A stretch of DNA of 23,124 nt from an uncultured Saprospiraceae bacterium. Lineage in GTDB: Bacteria; Bacteroidota; Bacteroidia; Chitinophagales; Saprospiraceae. Numbering within the stretch: the stretch's first letter is position 1; every line of letters begins with the position of its first letter. Positions 17,528 to 23,124 of the stretch are shown one piece after another. The stretch is taken from NCBI GenBank assembly GCA_964640065.1, contig CAZXIE010000037.1:1-23124 (forward strand), read 5' to 3'. The translations under genes were made by a program, and so were the position numbers. The notes below the pieces were generated by a model. That model did not search any database. It was given only the letters and a program-made list of their open reading frames with translations, and had not been told where the DNA came from.

Positions 17528-20500
17528 CTAATTCACTTTTATCATCTTATGACGTGCAACGTGTCCACCGATCTCAACTTCATAGAAGTACAAGCCAACT
17601 TGGCTTACATCTTCTTGACTGATTCTGAAGATAGTAGAGCCCTTCTCGACCCATCGGGACTCTTGATGAATAACCTTTTGTTGTAAATCAAATATTCTTA
17701 AGGTTACCTCACCATCTATCGGAAGATCAGCTGCGATCACAGTGTTCTCAGACCATGGATTAGGTGTATTTTGCTGTAGAGCGATTTGTTCAAACTCTAC
17801 AATGCTTTCTTGTGGTGTAATAATCAAATCTGATGGAGTATCATCAGCATATACTTGAGCACTCATCGTCCTTTCATCTAGATCTATATCAATAGTGCTA
17901 GATGACTCGAAGATCAGCGTAAAGAGCACATCGCCTTTACTTATCTCCTCTCCCTCTTGAGATGCATATGATATCGGAAGCAGACCAGCTCCAACTAATG
18001 CGTCATTATAATGATCACTAGATAGTGCGATAGTTCCTGACTCTATACTCATCAGCTGTTGACCTTCATCCCAAGACAACGCTCCTTGGAACCCGTCGAT
18101 TACTTGATCTTCTACTGCGACTATCTCTATACTAGTTAAACCATCCGCCAGAGGCTTGATGTTGTAGTTCCATTCTGTTTGACTAAGTGATCTACCAGAT
18201 GAGATACCTGTAGAATGTGCTACAGCATCACCAGAAATATCACCAGTCTTAATACCTATGAACTGCACATCTATGTCAGCCTGAAGGTTATCGATAAAGT
18301 AGCTCTCTTCTAGTGGCAAGCCAAACCTTGCTCCTTGATCGATATCTTGATCTGCGTGCACAAACGTCCAACTATCCTTTGATGGGAATCGATCTGTGAT
18401 ACCCAATATCAACTTTCTGAGATCAACTAAGTCCAGAGATGTAATACGTAGATCTTTATTAACATCTGCAGCTAGCATGAGATATGGGTCTTCGATCTGT
18501 CGAGTTCCAAGAACATGCTTTTGGATTAATATCAAATCAAGAGTTGTGACACCGTTGAGGTGATCATCATCCTTTTCTGCATCGACATGATAAGACTTAC
18601 CTACCTCCATATTTGCGAAAGCGTAGTTACCTTCTTGATTAGTAGCCGTGCTTATAGCGTCCTCAAAAGATCCCGGCTGAGCACCTAGGAAGACATCTAT
18701 ATTATCCATCATAGGACCGAAAGCCGAAGCTACTTCACCCGTAACGTTTACTAAGTTGTCCGCTCTTTGTTGAGGTAGAACTGTAAGGTCCTGATCGATT
18801 ATATCGACATTGCCACATGGATCCGACACTGACCAGGTAACTACATAGTCACCTTCAGGCAGAGAGCCAAGATTAGCAACGGCAGTACTATTTCTAAAGT
18901 CCGTAAAGTCTAACGTATCTCTACTAAGCTCTGTCGCACTTCCAGCTGCTGTCACCACAACGATCCACTGTAAAAACTGAGGATTGCTCACTACGTTATC
19001 TGTAGCGGTCGCTGTCACTTCGATAACATCCGGTGCGATGGGCTGAGGTACTGTTATGCTTGTATTAAGTACCACTTCTGGCGCATCATTATCTATCACT
19101 AAGATGGTCTGCTGGCCTTCCAGTTCGATATCGGCTCCCCGACTTCTGCACCAGTCGATCACCTGCCATGTTCTGATGATCTTCGTACAGTACACATCAT
19201 TATTGTCATTGACAAAAGCTTGATCTGTGAATCCTAGGCCAATAAGCGAACATCCTACGTCTCTTACTACAGGTGGATTAGTCTTAGCTAGATTTTCTAC
19301 ATCATCAGGGGTCAATGCTTCTAACCTGACATCTTCTGGGAAGAATTCGAATTCTAGAGGGTTGTTATTCTGATCACCAACAATGTTGATGGTTTGTGTG
19401 CATATATTTCTTGCTACTCCGCCTTCCATGATGGTGAAGACTCTGACTATAGTACCTGTCTGACATACACTATCTATATCAACAGTTCTGCTCTGCATAA
19501 GTCTTCCGATGCTGCAGTTATCAACAAAAGTTCCATTCACAAGAGGCCCTGAACTAGCAACGATAAATGAATCTGGCACTCCTGTCACTGGCGTGACTGT
19601 GGAGCCTTCTATGATCGTACCGAATAAGCCATCGAGATTGCCATTAGGGTCAAATACAAAGTCACATGAGACATCTATCTCTTCCGTGAGGCATGTGATG
19701 AATGGAGCATCCTTGTCCTGACCTGATACCATGACATGGCATTCGTTACGGTTACCCGCAGCATCTTCTACTCTAAGTTTGACCGGCACCTCTACTCCTG
19801 AGTCTAAGCAGCAGAAGAGGATGGCCTGAGTACATAGATCATCTACGTTGATCAGTAGCTCATCATCGTCATTAGTCATCGTCAGACCCTCTGAGTAATC
19901 ACGATAACATGTCATCCCGTTAGCATCTGCAGCCATCAGTGCTTCATCGAATGCCTGGAAGACTAGATAACCTGCAGCATTAGGTCCTAAACTCAAGAAT
20001 AAATCTTGATGATCAGCTCTGACAACACATCTACTCTCTAAGTCACAGGCATCAAAGCTACCTTCATCAAATCCTTCAATATCTACCCATGCTTTATCAT
20101 CTGGTATCGATACCACGAACTCCCTTAGACATACTGCCACTGGGGCAATGACGTCTGAGACATTGACAAACATGGTATCACTGCTTTCATTGCCACAGAT
20201 ATCTCTGGCTATGAAAAATACCGTATCCAATCCTAGAGGGAGTAAGATGTTAGTCAGATCGTCAGATATAATATTAGATCCTCCAGGATATCTGATTTCA
20301 ACTTCTACTAATGAATCTACTTGACAATTATCTGTTACTGTGAACGCCGGTATATCAAATATACCCATGCAGTTATCTTGACTTGCAGACAGCTCTAATC
20401 TATCTGCTCCCAGATTCAGTACTGGAGGAGTAGTATCTCTAAGTATGATGCGCTGGAATCCTGTATCTCTACCTATCCCTCCTTCACATAACCACTCGGA

Positions 20501-21793
20501 TACGATCCATCTTCTGATGATCGTACGGCGACATCTTACATCTATATCCTGAAGATCTTCAAACTCTGCAAATACATTACATAGCTGTACGATATCTGGA
20601 TTATTATAAAGTGGAACTCCTTGGAAAGAAGGTGATCCTACTATACGTGGGTCTACCTCTCCGCTAGCGTTGAAGAACGTTGCTTCACATGAAACTTCCA
20701 TATCTACCGGGTAGTCGATATCAGCGGATGTGATATTAGCTTGAGTGACATACTTCACCTGAGTACAAGACTCAGAGATATTACCAAAGTCATCTCTCAC
20801 AGCAAATGTGACAGACTCTCTGAATAGCGTATCACCCCTACAGATATCCTCTCTGATCACTTCACCTCTGATAAATTCAGTATTACCACAAGCAAATGTT
20901 ATGATAGGATCACTGATCGCTATATTCTCTAGACAAGTTACTTCTATTGGGTCTGTACATATCTGTGATGGTCCGAGCTTGAATTCGATATTAGCATTAC
21001 TCCAGCATGGTGCTACATTACTGCATCCAGGTATATCCACTACCACATTTACGGAAGTGCCTACATCATCATTAGTTAATAATGCCGTAGGTCTGAAGGA
21101 TCCATCTGCTTCTTCTATTCTAATCCTGAGGTTGCCGTAGAGCGAATCAGGAACATTAATTCTTAATAATTCTGGAGTAAGGAGTGTCTCACACTCTGCA
21201 TCTAAACTGATGTTATAATCAGTACAAGTCAGCGTTACTCCAAAGCAGGATATAGCATCTACACAGTCTGTGACCATCTCACCGGCTTCATTGGCTCCCA
21301 TTACATTGACAGGTCTGATAGCAAACCCAAAATCTATCTCGTCCGCCGTCAGTATGGCACACCCGCTACCTGTAAATACGAAGGTGCCGCTACCCGTATT
21401 TGTATTGGCATTAGGATTCTCTACACCTGTTGGAAGTAGTACTGCATCGTTTAAGAAATTTGCGCTTAATACTATTCCTCCGTCAGTTTTGACTTGTACG
21501 CCGGTCAGTGTATCTGTGGAGGTGTTGGTCGCTGTAAACTCAAAGCACACCTCGTCTCCTACCATTGGGTCATCTGGTATAGAGAGCGGTGAAAAGTCCA
21601 ACGTTATAAACTCTCCTGCACCAGGCACGGTGCCAGTGAAGAGGGTTGTAGATGTTACACTTTTTACGGGGAGATCATCGTAGTGATCGATTGCATGTGC
21701 TGTAGTGGTAGATCCCACTGCAAACAAAAATATCATGGCTAGATATACAATACCACCACGACAGTCCATGACTTGTCTTAAACGCTTCCTCAT
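17528..21793 (-). CDS. large secreted cell-surface protein: N-terminal signal peptide, multiple HYR/Ig-like cysteine-containing repeats, dockerin-like Ca-binding module, T9SS type-A C-terminal sorting domain
   Basis: 1421 aa. Signal peptide ...IVYLAMIFLFAVGSTTTAHA. Recurring HYR-type signatures (CRRTIIRRWIVSEWLC; VYCTKIIRTWQVIDWC; VTWSVSDPCGNVDIIDQDLTV; RVEDAAGNRNECHVMVS; FFIARDICGNESSDTMFVNVSD). Dockerin-like duplicated segment (DDDHLNGVTTLDLILIQKHVLG ... DVNKDLRITSLDLVDLRKLILG, about 18400-18600). C-terminal ...LRIFDLQQKVIH...GLYFYEVEIGGHVARHKMIKVN matches the Por/T9SS CTD pattern. Confidence 0.85.
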   Translation of the reverse strand: MRKRLRQVMDCRGGIVYLAMIFLFAVGSTTTAHAIDHYDDLPVKSVTSTTLFTGTVPGAGEFITLDFSPLSIPDDPMVGDEVCFEFTATNTSTDTLTGVQVKTDGGIVLSANFLNDAVLLPTGVENPNANTNTGSGTFVFTGSGCAILTADEIDFGFAIRPVNVMGANEAGEMVTDCVDAISCFGVTLTCTDYNISLDAECETLLTPELLRINVPDSLYGNLRIRIEEADGSFRPTALLTNDDVGTSVNVVVDIPGCSNVAPCWSNANIEFKLGPSQICTDPIEVTCLENIAISDPIITFACGNTEFIRGEVIREDICRGDTLFRESVTFAVRDDFGNISESCTQVKYVTQANITSADIDYPVDMEVSCEATFFNASGEVDPRIVGSPSFQGVPLYNNPDIVQLCNVFAEFEDLQDIDVRCRRTIIRRWIVSEWLCEGGIGRDTGFQRIILRDTTPPVLNLGADRLELSASQDNCMGIFDIPAFTVTDNCQVDSLVEVEIRYPGGSNIISDDLTNILLPLGLDTVFFIARDICGNESSDTMFVNVSDVIAPVAVCLREFVVSIPDDKAWVDIEGFDEGSFDACDLESRCVVRADHQDLFLSLGPNAAGYLVFQAFDEALMAADANGMTCYRDYSEGLTMTNDDDELLINVDDLCTQAILFCCLDSGVEVPVKLRVEDAAGNRNECHVMVSGQDKDAPFITCLTEEIDVSCDFVFDPNGNLDGLFGTIIEGSTVTPVTGVPDSFIVASSGPLVNGTFVDNCSIGRLMQSRTVDIDSVCQTGTIVRVFTIMEGGVARNICTQTINIVGDQNNNPLEFEFFPEDVRLEALTPDDVENLAKTNPPVVRDVGCSLIGLGFTDQAFVNDNNDVYCTKIIRTWQVIDWCRSRGADIELEGQQTILVIDNDAPEVVLNTSITVPQPIAPDVIEVTATATDNVVSNPQFLQWIVVVTAAGSATELSRDTLDFTDFRNSTAVANLGSLPEGDYVVTWSVSDPCGNVDIIDQDLTVLPQQRADNLVNVTGEVASAFGPMMDNIDVFLGAQPGSFEDAISTATNQEGNYAFANMEVGKSYHVDAEKDDDHLNGVTTLDLILIQKHVLGTRQIEDPYLMLAADVNKDLRITSLDLVDLRKLILGITDRFPSKDSWTFVHADQDIDQGARFGLPLEESYFIDNLQADIDVQFIGIKTGDISGDAVAHSTGISSGRSLSQTEWNYNIKPLADGLTSIEIVAVEDQVIDGFQGALSWDEGQQLMSIESGTIALSSDHYNDALVGAGLLPISYASQEGEEISKGDVLFTLIFESSSTIDIDLDERTMSAQVYADDTPSDLIITPQESIVEFEQIALQQNTPNPWSENTVIAADLPIDGEVTLRIFDLQQKVIHQESRWVEKGSTIFRISQEDVSQVGLYFYEVEIGGHVARHKMIKVN

Positions 21794-22471
21794 TAGTCCA
21801 ATATTTATACCGGTCGCCCGGTGTAGCTTTTTATCTGAAAAAAGGGTATCCCTTCTAAGTACATGTATAAGCGAACCCCTGAGAATGCTCTAGTGAGCAA
21901 GGTGTCGCACATCTCTATATGAAAGTTATCACTGCAAAGCGTCCACCTGATATATATAGGTGCTGTCTGCGCGTGATGCGATACTATTAGGTCTAATTAT
22001 CGCTGGTAGTTAAGGCAAATATATAGTGTTCAAACATATTATTATAATTATTAATATATTTTTTATGATTTTACGGTTATACCCTTGCCTATTTACTTAA
22101 CAGAATTGGATCTAATAATCACTATGTCAGACACTTACATATTAAAAATTTTATATTAAAGAATTTTTAATCTGTTGGTATTTCCGAATCTCCTACAAGT
22201 CCAGCATAAGAGTACGCTCATCGATACTCATGATTATAGTAGCTCGTCGAGTTATTAAGGCAATTGATAGACCCATCCTACTCGATCATCTACATTAAAA
22301 AAGCCTTAACAGTACTCCTTTTCTATATTTGCACATCACAAAAAATATGCTCTAGTGGCTATCCTACTTATCCTACTCATATCTATAATACTGACCTCAG
22401 TGAGTCTGTATCTCTTATTTCCAAAGTTGGATTTGGAGGCTTCTCGGGGCGCGATACCTGTGCTTAACTAC

Positions 22472-23124
22472 ATGGACATCGCTGAGAAGGTAGGTAGATC
22501 TAAGTGGTATGGTCTTCTTACAATAGTGCCTGTCCTAAATATATTTATCGTTACAGGTCTAAGTGTAGCACTGATCAGGAGCTTTGATAGATTCTCTCTC
22601 AAAGATGCTGCTCTAGGAGTGTTGTTTGCGCCGCTTAGCTTTTACTTTCTTTCCAAGGATAAGTCTGCTAAGTATACTGGTCCAATCCTTACAAGAGAGG
22701 CGGATTATCAGACAGATCTCTCAGCAGCAAGAAAAGCAAAGAAGGACCGTAAGGTTAAGAAGCTTGTTGAGAATAATCCGTACAGAAAAAGCATTGCTCG
22801 CGAATGGTTTGAGTCACTTGTATTTGCAGTTTTTGCAGCAGCGTTCATACGTATGTTCTTCTTCGAGGCATATGTGATCCCAACTCCTTCGATGGAAAAC
22901 AGTCTCCTAGTCGGTGATTATCTTTTTGTCTCTAAGATGAGCTACGGCATCCGGACGCCGCAGACGATAGCTATGATACCTCTTCTTCACAACACCATAC
23001 CTAAGGTCGGTAGTGAGTCATATCTCAAGTCGCCATCTCTGCCCTACTTCAGGTTAGGATCAGGTACCGTCGAGCGAAATGATCCTTTCGTTTTTAATTG
23101 GCCTGTAGGTGATAGTGTCTATCT
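22472..23124 (+). CDS. lepB: signal peptidase I (LepB), 3'-truncated by window end, with about 110-aa N-terminal membrane extension
   Basis: Not in the ORF track because it has no stop within the window. Hand translation from ATG 22472: MDIAEKVGRSKWYGLLTIVPVLNIFIVTGLSVALIRSF... then ...NNPYRKSIAREWFESLVFAVFAAAFIRMFFFEAYVIPTPSMENSLLVGDYLFVSKMSYGIRTPQ... This contains the SPase I box A TM helix, the box B catalytic Ser (PTPSMENSL) and the GDYLFVSK segment. Confidence 0.8.
   Translation, partial: MDIAEKVGRSKWYGLLTIVPVLNIFIVTGLSVALIRSFDRFSLKDAALGVLFAPLSFYFLSKDKSAKYTGPILTREADYQTDLSAARKAKKDRKVKKLVENNPYRKSIAREWFESLVFAVFAAAFIRMFFFEAYVIPTPSMENSLLVGDYLFVSKMSYGIRTPQTIAMIPLLHNTIPKVGSESYLKSPSLPYFRLGSGTVERNDPFVFNWPVGDSVY

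Noticed and set aside
2178-21893. Numerous 60-160-aa ORFs fully overlapping annotated genes on the opposite strand or in alternative frames (2178-2516+, 2260-2457-, 2307-2507-, 2535-2849+, 3000-3230+, 3630-3836-, 5042-5236+, 5844-6107-, 6790-6990-, 7260-7583-, 9459-9944-, 10155-10340-, 11283-11588+, 11732-11992+, 13075-13284-, 13864-14058-, 15121-15333+, 15480-15662+, 15677-15901+, 16161-16373+, 16380-16577+, 16998-17252+, 19509-19721+, 20808-21140+, 21270-21683+, 21705-21893+)
   Set aside because: Shadow ORFs. Each is nested in a longer ORF with strong family motifs, and their low-complexity or Ser/Leu/Cys-rich translations are typical of antisense reading of coding sequence.
17427-22284. 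Treating the duplicated 12-mer catcctactcga as significant on its own
   Set aside because: Roughly 16 exact 12-mer repeats are expected by chance in 23 kb on two strands (N^2/2 / 4^12). It is kept only as a low-interest finding because of the adjacent tandem 9-bp repeat.
22264-22877. ORFs 22264-22467+ and 22626-22877+ in the lepB region
   Set aside because: 22264-22467 lies in the AT-rich promoter region and has no protein-like composition. 22626-22877 is an out-of-frame reading of lepB, which reads through in another frame with clear SPase I motifs.
1-23124. Mobile elements, CRISPR arrays, defence-system hallmarks (nucleases, RT, TA pairs)
   Set aside because: No transposase/integrase-like ORFs, no terminal inverted repeats flanking a gene block, and no regularly spaced direct repeats were seen. 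RecQ here has the full housekeeping architecture (Zn-binding plus HRDC) rather than a defence-associated helicase layout.

Overview
AT-rich chromosomal window, most consistent with a Bacteroidota genome. The evidence is a 1421-aa surface protein ending in a T9SS type-A C-terminal sorting domain, and the absence of Shine-Dalgarno context at gene starts. I can support about 19 protein-coding genes, one decayed pseudogene and a few intrinsic terminators. I found no rRNA, tRNA, CRISPR array, transposase or integrase. Housekeeping content: RecQ helicase, an ABC-F translation ATPase, an ArsC/LMW-PTP-family protein, a ribosome hibernation factor, a flotillin-NfeD membrane pair, and signal peptidase I (3' end cut by the window edge). 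The left third looks accessory. It holds a minus-strand operon (PhlG-like hydrolase, 4-TM membrane protein, class-B flavin monooxygenase) next to the frameshifted N-terminal remnant of an intradiol ring-cleavage dioxygenase. After that comes a loose set of oxidative tailoring genes: an SRPBCC protein, a membrane-anchored methyltransferase-like protein, a fatty-acid-hydroxylase/sterol-desaturase family protein, a LURP-one/tubby-like protein, a cytochrome P450 and a group-II PLP decarboxylase. The most unusual non-coding feature is the 680-bp ORF-free gap between recQ and the P450. It contains a locally GC-rich cluster of at least five perfect stem-loops, including a 73-nt nested hairpin, which looks like an unannotated structured RNA or cis-regulatory element. 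Every functional call rests on motif recognition by eye; no searches were run.
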